Virus record (IMG/VR): IMGVR_UViG_3300047550_002723
Coordinates: 1 to 64,000 of that record
Length of the DNA: 64,000 nt
Direction: 5' to 3' (one strand)
Source: a virus
The notes under the pieces were generated by a model that saw only the letters and a list, made by a program, of their open reading frames with translations, had not been told where the DNA came from and searched no databases. Numbering within the stretch: position 1 is the first letter of the stretch; each line of letters starts with the position of its first letter. Shown piece by piece: positions 36,516 through 49,329 of this stretch. The position numbers and the translations under genes are program-made.

Positions 36516-36632
36516 CCACTCCCACTAACCGAGACCTATGGGGAGTATAAATTACGTCTCTCATACCCACACTGGAGGGTGGTGTGGGATATAATGTATT
36601 CGTTCAGTTCCCCCTGAGCACTACTTACCCTT
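36516..36632 (+). ncRNA. PhotoRC-II-like psbA leader RNA
   Basis: ACTCCC/GGGAGT stem with GAGAC/GTCTC pseudoknot, CCCACAC/GTGTGGG hairpin with GAGGGT loop, in psbA 5' UTR. Confidence 0.65.
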
Positions 36633-36640
36633 TAACGAAA

Positions 36641-38645
<2,005 letters not shown>

Positions 38646-38651
38646 TGAAAT

Positions 38652-38679
38652 TAGAGACCCTTTACGGGTCTCTTTTTTT
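38652..38679 (+). terminator. psbA terminator
   Basis: AGAGACCC-tttac-GGGTCTCT + T-run. Confidence 0.85.
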
Positions 38680-38732
38680 GTACTATAATGGTGTTTAAGA
38701 TTTTATAAATAGTTAAAAGATTAAACACCATA

Positions 38733-39254
38733 ATGAGAACCACGAAGATTTGTAGAACCTGCACACAAGAACTTCCTATCTCCGATTTTAGAGAAGGTCG
38801 TAGAAGGTGTATGAGATGTGAAGAAAAAACTTATGCTGAAAACTGGGCAAGTAAAACTCACATTATCTGTAATAAGTGTGGTGTAGAAAAACTCATTTCA
38901 GAGTATTATAAAGGGCACAAGAGATGTAAAGAGTGCTATAGTAAAGATTATAAGGATAAAAAACCTTCTTATGATGATAAGAAGGATTATATGCTAAAGT
39001 ATACTTATGGTGAAGATTTTGGTTTGGAGCAATATAAAAACATTCTTCAAGAACAAAATGAAGTGTGTGCTATTTGCCTAAATCCAAATACTAATGGTAG
39101 AAAGGATAGTAACAATCTCTATGTTGACCACAACCATAATACTGGAAAGGTTCGTGGATTACTTTGTAGTAACTGTAATAGAATGCTTGGTATGGTTGGA
39201 GATAATATCAGCACACTAACTAATGCAGTTAAATACCTACAAAAGCATCAATAA
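38733..39254 (+). CDS. Free-standing Endonuclease VII-type homing endonuclease (F-CphI-like position)
   Basis: CAIC..LYVDHNHNTGKVRGLLCSNCNRMLG; two N-terminal Zn-finger repeats. Confidence 0.88.
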   Translation: MRTTKICRTCTQELPISDFREGRRRCMRCEEKTYAENWASKTHIICNKCGVEKLISEYYKGHKRCKECYSKDYKDKKPSYDDKKDYMLKYTYGEDFGLEQYKNILQEQNEVCAICLNPNTNGRKDSNNLYVDHNHNTGKVRGLLCSNCNRMLGMVGDNISTLTNAVKYLQKHQ

Positions 39255-39521
39255 AAAATGCTCCTCATCCTCCTCCTCTTCCAACTTTTTGGAATCCTAA
39301 TGTTTATATTATCCATCACACAAGATCTCTAATACATAGAGAGGTTGCTTTTATCAAATGAAAAACCTAGAACTTTCTGAAGACCAGATTAAACTTTTGG
39401 CAGATGCAGTATGGATGCGTCAAAGATGCTTTATTGCGGGAGATAGAAGATTTAAAGAATACGGAGCAATGTTAGAAGAACTTCTTGAAGGAATGGAATA
39501 TACACCAAAAAGATTCTGATT

Positions 39522-40226
39522 ATGACTTACGATACAGTCTTTATTTCTGATGTGCATTTAGGCACACCTAGATGTAATACAGAAAAGTTTCTGAAGTTTC
39601 TCAAAGAACTCAAAACTAAAAAACTAGTTTTAGTAGGTGATATTATAGACATCTACTGTATGGAAAAATATAATACTCGCTGGACTAAAGAGCATACTGA
39701 GTGCGTTCATCAAATTCTTAACCTAGTCAAGAAAGGAACAGAAGTCATTTATATTCTTGGAAATCACGAAGGGCAGATTCGTCGGTACTGTGATTTCAAA
39801 CATAAGAATTTTAAAATGGTAGATGAGTATATTCATGAAGACTCAAATGGAAATAAATTCCTTTGTGTTCATGGAGATAAGTATTCTGAGTATTCTTCTG
39901 GGTCTTGGAAGCAACTTATCTTCAACAAAGGGTATGAAATTATTACACCACTGAGTTTGTGGTTGGAAAGATTCTTCCGTTTTTCATTGGTGTATTTCTT
40001 GAAGAATAGTGTGCGTGGTAAGAACTATATCAATCAATATGAAACTGATATTGCTTCTTATTGTGCTCAGAGAGATAAAAAGTATGCTGGGGTAATTTGT
40101 GGGCACATTCATTCTGCAAATATTCGTAACTTTGGTAAAATCACTTATATGTGTTGTGGTGATTTTGTAGATACTTGCTCTGCGATTGTGGAAAAAAATG
40201 GAATGTATGCACTTGAAAAATACTGA
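39522..40226 (+). CDS. Metallophosphoesterase, UDP-2,3-diacylglucosamine hydrolase (LpxH/LpxH2)-like
   Basis: ISDVHLG, LVGDIID, GNHE, HGD, CGHIH. Confidence 0.8.
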   Translation: MTYDTVFISDVHLGTPRCNTEKFLKFLKELKTKKLVLVGDIIDIYCMEKYNTRWTKEHTECVHQILNLVKKGTEVIYILGNHEGQIRRYCDFKHKNFKMVDEYIHEDSNGNKFLCVHGDKYSEYSSGSWKQLIFNKGYEIITPLSLWLERFFRFSLVYFLKNSVRGKNYINQYETDIASYCAQRDKKYAGVICGHIHSANIRNFGKITYMCCGDFVDTCSAIVEKNGMYALEKY

Positions 40227-40334
40227 TGATTACTACAGAAACTCCCTATAAGTTAGCAGAAATTATTCGAGACACTTTTCCACAACTTTACAGACCTGGT
40301 AAAGTGTCTTATAATAAAGAAAAGGAACTTAACA

Positions 40335-40616
40335 ATGAACGAGTATTGGATTGTAAAAGAAACCAAAACTGGTAAAGTAATTTGTCAATGTGGTGATATT
40401 AATGACGCTCTTATGATGGTATCTTTTGATCCTCATAATAGAACTTATAGTCGTAGTAGATTTATTCTTGATCAGGTGATTGATGTAACTTCTACAACTG
40501 ATAAGCAACTTCCTGGACAACTTGGATTACCTGCCGCCAAAGAACAACTGCAACCAATAGAATTGCAACAGCAAGTTTGGTTGCCAGAAGGGAAGCAAAA
40601 ACCAGTGATCGTATGA
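40335..40616 (+). CDS. Hypothetical protein
   Basis: 93-aa ORF. Confidence 0.6.
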   Translation: MNEYWIVKETKTGKVICQCGDINDALMMVSFDPHNRTYSRSRFILDQVIDVTSTTDKQLPGQLGLPAAKEQLQPIELQQQVWLPEGKQKPVIV

Positions 40617-40816
40617 ATCATCGAAAAAGAAAACAAGCAAAAAATCTGAAAAAGAAAGTGTATACACCTGAAGGATATATTAATGATCCACCTGATTCTG
40701 TATGCCCTCACTGTGATCAGAAAAATAAACCTTGTTCACATGTAAATAGTTTAAGTCGTGCTTGGGCAAGGAGTGCTTGTGCTAAAAAACATTCTACAAA
40801 ATCTTCAGAGGGATAA
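40613..40816 (+). CDS. Small basic Zn-binding hypothetical protein
   Basis: ATGA coupling; CPHC..CSH..AC. Confidence 0.55.
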   Translation: MNHRKRKQAKNLKKKVYTPEGYINDPPDSVCPHCDQKNKPCSHVNSLSRAWARSACAKKHSTKSSEG

Positions 40817-40920
40817 AGATATTACTTACTATGATGAGTGGCATTACATTTATATCACTCTCAAAGAATTAATCGAAGTCATTAAAACTCACAATAAATA
40901 ATTATAAGTCGCAGTAACTT

Positions 40921-41292
40921 ATGGATCTCCTCCATTCGCCTCAGGAATACTTGTTTCATTTGAGAACGACAAGTCCAGGAGAAGCGAAACGATTATGGAG
41001 ACATAACATAAAAGAGCAATGGAATCATCAGTGTGCTTATTGTGGGTCAGAAGAAGACCTTACAATTGACCATATCATTCCACAGTCCAAGGGTGGAATG
41101 GACTTTACAAAAAATGTTGTTTGCTGTTGTAAAAAATGCAACCAATCAAAGGGACATGAGCACTGGAAATTGTGGTATGTTCAGCAAGATTTTTATAGTG
41201 AAGAGAGGTTTGATAAAATAGAAGAATGGATGAAACCAGATCCTCCTGTTAATTTATTCAAATATCGTCCAAGACGCAATAATGTATCTTGA
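40921..41292 (+). CDS. Small HNH endonuclease
   Basis: CAYCG..TIDHIIPQSKGG..NVVCCCKKCNQSKG. Confidence 0.88.
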   Translation: MDLLHSPQEYLFHLRTTSPGEAKRLWRHNIKEQWNHQCAYCGSEEDLTIDHIIPQSKGGMDFTKNVVCCCKKCNQSKGHEHWKLWYVQQDFYSEERFDKIEEWMKPDPPVNLFKYRPRRNNVS

Positions 41293-41348
41293 ATAAATAA
41301 ATGAAAGGCAGTACATACTGTTTCTTTGGTAAATACCGAATGCGATAA

Positions 41349-43202
41349 ATGTCAACTCCGATCAGGATTAAACGCTCTGCTGTTCCTGGTAAAAGACCTA
41401 CAGTAGACCAACTCTTAAGTGCTGAATTAGCCTATAATACTTATGATGGTGAACTCACTGCAAAAAGAGAGCGTCCAGGAATCGGCACAGACATTATTCG
41501 TATCGGTGCAGGCGCAACAGTAACTAATGTCATTTATGTCACAAAAGACGGAAACGACTCCAACACAGGACTCAAACTCGGAGACGCAAAAGCAACCATC
41601 GCAGGAGCAGTCGCAATCTCAACAGCAGGATCTGTTATTAGAGTTAGTGCTGGATCTTATGTAGAAAATAATCCTATTCAAATTCCCAATCAGGTTAGCA
41701 TTGTTGGGGATAGTTTAAGAGAGGTCTCCATTACTCCACAAAATCAGGGAGACCTTTTTTATGTTGGTGTTGGAAATTATATTGCCGAAATGTCATTTGT
41801 AGGTTCTGCAAATACTGGGGCAATTTTTGCTTTCAATCCAAACAAACCAGTTTATAACGACCAGTCACCTTATATTCAGAACTGTACTAACTTCATTCCA
41901 AACAGTATCGGAATGAAAGTCGATGGGAAATATTCAATCGGACCAACTAAGTCAATGGTTCTTGACTCATATACACAATACAATCAAGGTGGTATCGGAG
42001 TCTCAATTACAAATGAAGGATATGCACAGTTAGTTTCACTCTTTACAATCTGTCCAGACACTGCCGTCTTCTGTGGATCTGGTGGTGCCTGTGACTTAAC
42101 AAACTCCAACGCATCATTCGGTAATTATGGTCTTGTTGCCGATGGTATTGGATTCAGAAAGTACACGGGGATTGTGACCGTATCTGCGGAAGCAAATAGT
42201 GATACTTTTGTTTTAGATTTGAACGTGTCAACTTATAACGTATCGAATGCAGTTTATGATAATGTCAGTGGTGTAACAACAATTACGACTTCAGCAAATC
42301 ATAACTTCAGTGTTGGAATGGGAGTGACGATTGCAGGTCTTGGATTTACCTGTCCTTCTGGTCCTGGTATTGTAACATATCCAAGTGGAAATTTTGGTTA
42401 TGTGTTTGAAGTTCAGTCAGTTCCAGCAGCAAATCAACTTGTAGTTAATGTTGGTCCATCAACTCTTCCTCATACTTATGTTTCTGGTGGAACTGTTAAA
42501 ATTAATGTCGTAAGACCTTTTGATGGTCAGGTTGTTTATTTTGATAATTTATATTACACTGTTAATAAGATTATAGTTGGGTCTGGAGGCACTGGATATA
42601 CAAATACACCAATTATTACGATTGATTCTCCATTAACTGATTGGGGAGTTCAGGCAACAGCAGTTGCAGAAGTTGTGAATGGTTCTGTGACTTCTGTTGA
42701 AATTGTTTCAAGTGGAAGGGGATATACAACAACACCGAATATTACTATTTCATCACCTGATGTTGGGATAAATACAGCAACAGTTACTTTAGAATTACTT
42801 CCAACTTATTATTCAATCTTAAGTTCTACTCCAGTTTCTTCTGGAATTTGTACAATTACTGTGACTGAGAATGTTCCTTATGCTGTTGGTGTTGGATTAA
42901 CAGTGCCATTCTTTAAACAAAGTAGAGTATTGGCATCTGGACATTCTTTTGAATATATTGGTTCTGGTACAAATATTAATGCTGCTCTTCCTACTCAGGG
43001 TGGTGTTCCAATTCAAGATAATGAAATTGATATGAGAAATGGTGGTCTAGTTGTTTTTACAAGCACGGATCAGTCAGGTAACTTTAGAATTGGTGATGGT
43101 GTGCAAATTAATCAACAAACTGGGACAATTTCAGGTAGATTTTATTCTAAGAGTTTGTTTTCAACAATGACACCATTTATACTCGCACTAGGAGGAGAAT
43201 AA
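41349..43202 (+). CDS. Tail/baseplate-associated structural protein
   Basis: IRIKRSAVPGKRP N-terminus, IYVTKDGND beta-helix-like domain, SGHSFEYIGSG. Confidence 0.7.
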   Translation: MSTPIRIKRSAVPGKRPTVDQLLSAELAYNTYDGELTAKRERPGIGTDIIRIGAGATVTNVIYVTKDGNDSNTGLKLGDAKATIAGAVAISTAGSVIRVSAGSYVENNPIQIPNQVSIVGDSLREVSITPQNQGDLFYVGVGNYIAEMSFVGSANTGAIFAFNPNKPVYNDQSPYIQNCTNFIPNSIGMKVDGKYSIGPTKSMVLDSYTQYNQGGIGVSITNEGYAQLVSLFTICPDTAVFCGSGGACDLTNSNASFGNYGLVADGIGFRKYTGIVTVSAEANSDTFVLDLNVSTYNVSNAVYDNVSGVTTITTSANHNFSVGMGVTIAGLGFTCPSGPGIVTYPSGNFGYVFEVQSVPAANQLVVNVGPSTLPHTYVSGGTVKINVVRPFDGQVVYFDNLYYTVNKIIVGSGGTGYTNTPIITIDSPLTDWGVQATAVAEVVNGSVTSVEIVSSGRGYTTTPNITISSPDVGINTATVTLELLPTYYSILSSTPVSSGICTITVTENVPYAVGVGLTVPFFKQSRVLASGHSFEYIGSGTNINAALPTQGGVPIQDNEIDMRNGGLVVFTSTDQSGNFRIGDGVQINQQTGTISGRFYSKSLFSTMTPFILALGGE

Positions 43203-43206
43203 AAGA

Positions 43207-43548
43207 ATGGCATTAGCACTTAACGTATTTAAAACAGTTACTAAAATTGCTCCAACAAGTCCAGTTGGAATCTACACCGCACCAGTTGGATATACCGGAG
43301 TTGTCCTTTTAGCACAGGCAGCAAATATTGGAAATAATACTCAAACAATTTCTTTTTCTCATAAAAGGTCAGTTGCAGGAATTGCAGTGACTACAGAAAT
43401 TTTAAAAAATTATCCAATATCGGCAAGTGATACTGCAAATCTTCTTGCAGGTAAATTAGTTCTTGAGTCCGGTGATGTTCTTGTATTATCTGCAAGTAGT
43501 GGAACTGATATTAAATTTTTAGGAAGCATTCTAGAAACACTTAACTAA
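43207..43548 (+). CDS. Small structural protein
   Basis: YTAPVGYTGVVL..GKLVLESGD. Confidence 0.65.
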   Translation: MALALNVFKTVTKIAPTSPVGIYTAPVGYTGVVLLAQAANIGNNTQTISFSHKRSVAGIAVTTEILKNYPISASDTANLLAGKLVLESGDVLVLSASSGTDIKFLGSILETLN

Positions 43549-43549
43549 A

Positions 43550-46500
43550 ATGGCAAAATACGTCAGCGGCAGACAGAAAAATCTTAAGGTTGGTTTATCC
43601 TCTTATAGTGAGAATTTAACTTCTCTAGAGGTTATTGGATCTGCTGTTTTTAGTGGTGAAAGTTCTGGGGAACTTGTTAGAATTAGTCAAATTGGTACTG
43701 GTCCTGCTTTAATTGTAGAAGATAGTGCAAATCCAGATACCACACCTTTTGCAGTTACGACGGATGGTAGAGTTGCAATTGGTCTTGGTCCATCTGGTAT
43801 TAGTACATTTTATAAGTTAGAAGTTGATGGTAATGGTAATGGTGGAGGTGTTCGTTTTGTAAGTGGTGGGCAGGGTGACTTAATCTTTAGTCACTCAAAT
43901 TTAGTTTCTAATATTCGTGCTGCTGGATCTGTTCAACTTGGTCTTGGTGCAAATGGTGAAGATGCAATAAGAATTAATTTGAATAATAATGTTGGTATAG
44001 GCACAACTGTACCGACATCAAAATTGTATGTTGTTGGTGATGGATATTTTACTGGTGTTATTACTGCTTCAAATCTTAATGTAAGTGCAGCATCTTCTTT
44101 TGCACAACTTTATGTTTCGGGTATTTCTACTCTCGCTGCAAATGGTGGAATTACTACAACTGGTGGAGACTTATATGTTGGTGGTGATTTATACATTGCA
44201 GATGATTTAAGATTTGATGAATTTACTGCAAGGAATGCAAACGTAACTGGCATTACTACTCTTGGAGTTACAACAGTAACACGCTTAACAGCACAGAGTA
44301 TTAATTCTTCTGGTATTGTAACTGGTTCTACCTTTAGACCTTCAAGTGGATATATTCAGTCACCAAATGGCACCAATGCTTTCTACATTTATGATGGCAC
44401 TGGAAATGTAGCATTCCAAGGAACTATTGGTGCAAGTCAAATTAACAATGCTAGTGGTTATAAGGTAATTGGGTTTGCTGGAACTGATATTACCTTTGAG
44501 AATGATGCTCGCATTGGCAAGAATGCTTATATCTTAGGAGTTACAACTTCTCTTGGTGGTTTTGTAGGCAACTTAACTGGTATTGCAGCATCTGCAACTC
44601 AATTAGTTACTCCAAGAACTTTTGAAATTACTGGAGACGTTGTAGCATCTGCAATCAGTTTTGATGGAACTGGTAATGTATCATTAGCAGCAACTATTCA
44701 ACCTAATAGTGTTGGTCTTGGCACTGATACCTTTGGTGATTATGTAAAGAGTATTTCTGGAACTGTAGGTCAAATTGACGTAACTGGAGGAACTGGCGAA
44801 GGTTCAACTCCTGTTGTTGCTTTTTCTGCAAATCCAACCATTGGTGGAAATGTAACGATTGGAAATGACCTACAAGTCAATAATAATTTAAATGTTAATG
44901 GTAATATTACAATTGGTGGAACGAGTGCTTATATTATTGTAAATGATTTTAGAGTTAAAGATGGTGATATTGTTCTTGGTTTTACCACTAATGGTTCTGG
45001 ACAAGATATTTCAAATGATACTACCGCAAATCATGGTGGTATTGCTGTTGCGTCCACAGAAGGAAATCCGTTAGTTCAACTTTTTATTGCTGGTATTGAG
45101 ACAACCCCTGCCACATATAAGAAAATTATGTGGTTCAAAGCGGGTGCTTTTGCTGGACTGAATACTGACGCTTGGTTGAGTAATTATGCGATTGGTATTG
45201 GCAGCACTCAATTCCCATCAGGAACCAGACTTGCTGCTGGTTCAGTTCAATTCACTGAGAATGATTTAGCAGTTGTAAGAAATATCAACGCTTCTGGTAT
45301 TATCACAGGAACTCTTGCAAATACTCTTACACTGAATACTTCTGGGACTGGTCTTTCTGGTTCTACAATTTATAATAATTCTGGTGCTACAACCTTTACT
45401 GTCACCAGTAATGCAACCAGTAATAATACCCCAAGCACAATTGTTGCTCGGGATGCTTCTGGAAACTTTAGTGCAGGAACAATTACTGCTAACTTAACTG
45501 GTACAGCATCAACAGCATCCTTTGCTACAACAGCATTTAATTTAAGTGATGCAGCAAACATTACCACTGGAACCATTAATAGTGCTAGATTATCTGGAAC
45601 TTATAATATTGATATTAATGGTAATGCAACTTATGCAACCAATGCTGGAATATCTACAAATGTTATAGGTGGCATTGCCTCAGTTACTCAATTAAATGTT
45701 TCAGGTATTACTACTCTTGGAGTTGCAAGTGTAACTAATTTAACTGTACAACAAGTTAATGCATCTGGTATCGCTACATTTGGATCATTTAATATTGGAG
45801 CAACACAGGTTATTAGTTCTGCAAGACAATTGCAGAATATCTCTTCTCTTGATGCCACTACAACAGCAACAATTGAGGCAGCAATTCAAAATGCTCCTAA
45901 TACCTTTACTGATTTGCAAGTTACTGGTATTAGTACTCTTGGAATTACAAGTACTACTAATTTAACATCACAACAACTGAACGTATCAGGTATTTCTACA
46001 TTCTCTGGCATTACTACTAGCACATCATCACTCTTTGCTAACCAACTAAGTGTCTCTGGTGTTTCTACATTCTCTGGTATTACTACTAGCACATCATCAC
46101 TCTTTGCTAACCAACTAAGTGTCTCTGGTGTTTCTACATTCTCTGGTATTACTACTAGCACATCATCACTCTTTGCTAATCAATTAAGTGTTGTAGGACC
46201 ATCAACCTTTGTTGGTATCACAACCAATAATTCTACTCTCTTTGCTAACCAGTTGAGTGTTGCTGGAGTCTCCACTCATATAGGTATTAGCACATTCCAG
46301 TCTACACTCTTCGCTAATCAATTAAGTGTTGTAGGACCATCAACCTTTGCTGGTATCGCAACCAATACTTCTACACTCTTTGCTAACCAATTCAGTGTTG
46401 CTGGTGTTACAACTCTTGCTTCGAATGGTGGTATTACAACAACTGGTGGTGATTTATATATTGGTGGTGATTTGTATGTTAAAGATGATTTAGTATTTGA

Positions 46501-49288
46501 TGAGTTTACCGCAAGAAATGGAACACTAACCGGAAGCTTAACTTCAAAACAAGTTGCTTCTCAATATTTTGGAGAATTACATAGAAATACTCACACATCA
46601 ATTACTGTAACTTCAGAGAATAAAACTTCAAATCACAAATATAGTGGAAGTGGTTCTGCCCTTGGATATTATTTTGATGGAGATGAATCACCATATCTTC
46701 AGTTTATTCCTGGAAAAACATATAGGTTCGATCAGTCTGATGCTTCAAACACAAACCATCGTTTAAGATTCTATCTTGATGCAAATAAAAATCAAGAATA
46801 TACTGGTGGAGTAACATCTAGTGGAACTCCAGGAAATTCTGGTGCATATACGGAAATTGTAGTTACTAAAACTACACCAATAGTTCTTTATTATCAGTCA
46901 GACAATGATGTTCTGATGGGTAATCAAATACAGACGGTTGGATCGTTTGTATATCTTGAAAATAATCTTGGTGTAGGAACTGCAAATCCAGTTCAACAAT
47001 TCCAAGTTGGTCAGACATTTGTTGTAACATCGAATACTAATGTTGGTATAGGAACTACAAATCCAACCGCTAAATTGGATGTTATTGGACATACTGAACT
47101 TGATACTCTTAATGTTTCTGTTGCTTCTACTACAGGGAGATTGAATGTTTCTGGTCTTACAACAACTCAAACATTACATGTAAGTTCTGGATCTACATTC
47201 AGAGATGATATTACAGTTCTTCTTGATGGAACTTCTGCCATTGGCATTGGAACAACTGCGTTTACACCACTATCTGGATATATCGTAGATGTTCGAGGAA
47301 ATGTTAATATTGGTGGAACACTAATTGTTAATGGATCTAATGTAGAAGATAGTATAACTTCCGAACAGGGTAATTTTGTTAGTGTAGCAACTACTAATCT
47401 TTATGTTTCTGGTATTGCCACGTTCATAAACAATCCAGTTGATATAAAGGCAGGAATTGCAGTCACTGGTGGAAATGCCAATTTTGATAATGGAACTCTA
47501 TTTGTTGATGCTTCTGGAAATAGGGTTGGTGTTGGAACAACTCTTCCATCTTATACACTTGACATTATTGGTAGTGTTCATGCAACTGGTTATACATCAA
47601 CAAGATATTTAACTGTAGGAACTGGTTCTAGTGAATATACTTTCCCAGATTATGATGGTGTAAATGGTGCAGTTTTAAAAACGGATGGAAATGGAAACCT
47701 TGATTGGGTTACTAATTCTGCACTGAGACAATCGACAGAAATTACTGCAGGTGCTGGACAAACAAACTTCAATGTTACATATACCCCAGGACTAGTTGAT
47801 GTTTTCCTGAACGGTGTAAAACTTGCAAGTACTGATTATGTAGGAACAAGTGGAACATCAATAGTTTTAAATGTTTCTGCCTCTTCTGGAGACACTTTAC
47901 AGGTAGTAGCATTTAGTACTGATAGTGTTTCAACCAGAGCAATTCTTGACTATTGGAATGGTGATGAAGTTGGAAACATTTACAATATTACAGATAATGT
48001 TGGTATTGGTGTAAGTGTTCCATCACAACTTCTTGATGTTGCAGGTGATGCAAGAATTCGTGGTGGTCTATACGACAACACAAATTCCTCTGGTTCTAAT
48101 CAGCAAGTTCCTCTTTCTGATGGTTTAGGTGGATGGGTTTGGGGAAATGTTCCAACCGCAGGAGTCTCAACTGGTGGTGGAAGTAAGAAAAATGTTCAGT
48201 TTCATAATGCTGCTGGTATTCTTGGTGGATCAAATGAATTTAATTTTGATTATGACACATCTAGAGTTGGTATTGGAACAACTTCTCCAACTGAAAAACT
48301 AGATGTTAGAGGAAATATATATGTTTCTAATATTTCTACTTTAGGTACTGTTAAGATTTCGTCTGGAATTATTACTGCAAGTTCAGGAGTTGTTACTTAT
48401 TATGGAGATGGTTCTGGTTTATCAAACTTAAATGCTTCTAATCTTTCTTCAGGGGTAGTCCCATCTGCAAGATTAAGTGGTCTATATGATATTAGTATCA
48501 GTGGTTCCGTTGCTGGAGATACAATATCAGTTTCTACTGCAACAGTTACAAACAATCTTGTAGTTGGTCCAATTGGATCTGCAACAACTTTTGTAAGAGC
48601 AACTGCTGATGGTAATTTGAGAGTAACAGGAATCACAACTCTTGCTCAACTAGTCATTGGAACTTCTGCTGCAATTACTTCTGTTGATACTGATTTAAAT
48701 TCAGTGTCTGGATCTGATGATACTCTTGCTTCTGCAAAGGCAATTAAGACTTATGTGGATGCTCAGATTACTGCTCAAGCATTAAGTGTTCAAGGTGATA
48801 GTGGTGGAGCACTTTCAATTGATCTGGATAGTGAGACATTAACGATTGCTGGAACCCCAAATGAAATTACTGCAGTAGGTTCTGGTAACAGCATTACTGT
48901 TGGACTTCCTGATAATGTAACTGTTACGAATATTGTAACTGCAAATGCTGGTTTTGCAAATACAATGTCTTATTCCAATACCATTACTGGCACTGGAAAT
49001 ACTACATCTACAATTACTCTTTATGATCAATTATCCGCATCTATCTATCGTTCTGTAGAATACTCTGTACAGGCAACTCAAGGAACTAACTATCACTTTA
49101 CTAAAATTATAGTTGTTTCTTCTGGAACAACTGCTTACATGACAGAGTATGGAACTGTATTTAATAATTCTTCAGTTGCATCATATACTTCTGATGTTTC
49201 TGGTGGTTATATTCGTTTACGTGCAACCACATCAACTGCAACAACAACAAATTATGTTGTAAACTTTACTGCAAATAAGACTTACTGA
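43550..49288 (+). CDS. Long tail fibre protein (1912 aa)
   Basis: G/S/T-rich, many VGIGTTxP repeats, internal tandem repeats. Confidence 0.8.
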   Translation: MAKYVSGRQKNLKVGLSSYSENLTSLEVIGSAVFSGESSGELVRISQIGTGPALIVEDSANPDTTPFAVTTDGRVAIGLGPSGISTFYKLEVDGNGNGGGVRFVSGGQGDLIFSHSNLVSNIRAAGSVQLGLGANGEDAIRINLNNNVGIGTTVPTSKLYVVGDGYFTGVITASNLNVSAASSFAQLYVSGISTLAANGGITTTGGDLYVGGDLYIADDLRFDEFTARNANVTGITTLGVTTVTRLTAQSINSSGIVTGSTFRPSSGYIQSPNGTNAFYIYDGTGNVAFQGTIGASQINNASGYKVIGFAGTDITFENDARIGKNAYILGVTTSLGGFVGNLTGIAASATQLVTPRTFEITGDVVASAISFDGTGNVSLAATIQPNSVGLGTDTFGDYVKSISGTVGQIDVTGGTGEGSTPVVAFSANPTIGGNVTIGNDLQVNNNLNVNGNITIGGTSAYIIVNDFRVKDGDIVLGFTTNGSGQDISNDTTANHGGIAVASTEGNPLVQLFIAGIETTPATYKKIMWFKAGAFAGLNTDAWLSNYAIGIGSTQFPSGTRLAAGSVQFTENDLAVVRNINASGIITGTLANTLTLNTSGTGLSGSTIYNNSGATTFTVTSNATSNNTPSTIVARDASGNFSAGTITANLTGTASTASFATTAFNLSDAANITTGTINSARLSGTYNIDINGNATYATNAGISTNVIGGIASVTQLNVSGITTLGVASVTNLTVQQVNASGIATFGSFNIGATQVISSARQLQNISSLDATTTATIEAAIQNAPNTFTDLQVTGISTLGITSTTNLTSQQLNVSGISTFSGITTSTSSLFANQLSVSGVSTFSGITTSTSSLFANQLSVSGVSTFSGITTSTSSLFANQLSVVGPSTFVGITTNNSTLFANQLSVAGVSTHIGISTFQSTLFANQLSVVGPSTFAGIATNTSTLFANQFSVAGVTTLASNGGITTTGGDLYIGGDLYVKDDLVFDEFTARNGTLTGSLTSKQVASQYFGELHRNTHTSITVTSENKTSNHKYSGSGSALGYYFDGDESPYLQFIPGKTYRFDQSDASNTNHRLRFYLDANKNQEYTGGVTSSGTPGNSGAYTEIVVTKTTPIVLYYQSDNDVLMGNQIQTVGSFVYLENNLGVGTANPVQQFQVGQTFVVTSNTNVGIGTTNPTAKLDVIGHTELDTLNVSVASTTGRLNVSGLTTTQTLHVSSGSTFRDDITVLLDGTSAIGIGTTAFTPLSGYIVDVRGNVNIGGTLIVNGSNVEDSITSEQGNFVSVATTNLYVSGIATFINNPVDIKAGIAVTGGNANFDNGTLFVDASGNRVGVGTTLPSYTLDIIGSVHATGYTSTRYLTVGTGSSEYTFPDYDGVNGAVLKTDGNGNLDWVTNSALRQSTEITAGAGQTNFNVTYTPGLVDVFLNGVKLASTDYVGTSGTSIVLNVSASSGDTLQVVAFSTDSVSTRAILDYWNGDEVGNIYNITDNVGIGVSVPSQLLDVAGDARIRGGLYDNTNSSGSNQQVPLSDGLGGWVWGNVPTAGVSTGGGSKKNVQFHNAAGILGGSNEFNFDYDTSRVGIGTTSPTEKLDVRGNIYVSNISTLGTVKISSGIITASSGVVTYYGDGSGLSNLNASNLSSGVVPSARLSGLYDISISGSVAGDTISVSTATVTNNLVVGPIGSATTFVRATADGNLRVTGITTLAQLVIGTSAAITSVDTDLNSVSGSDDTLASAKAIKTYVDAQITAQALSVQGDSGGALSIDLDSETLTIAGTPNEITAVGSGNSITVGLPDNVTVTNIVTANAGFANTMSYSNTITGTGNTTSTITLYDQLSASIYRSVEYSVQATQGTNYHFTKIIVVSSGTTAYMTEYGTVFNNSSVASYTSDVSGGYIRLRATTSTATTTNYVVNFTANKTY
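45995..46410 (+). repeat. 69-nt (23-aa) tandem repeat, ~6 copies, first ones near-identical
   Basis: GITTSTSSLFANQLSVSGVSTFS unit. Confidence 0.85.
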
Positions 49289-49329
49289 TAAATAATAAAA
49301 AAGCATTTCATCAAAGGGGATAGTGAACC

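Noticed and set aside
45995-46410. CRISPR-like array
   Set aside because: In-frame coding tandem repeats with no unique spacers and no cas genes
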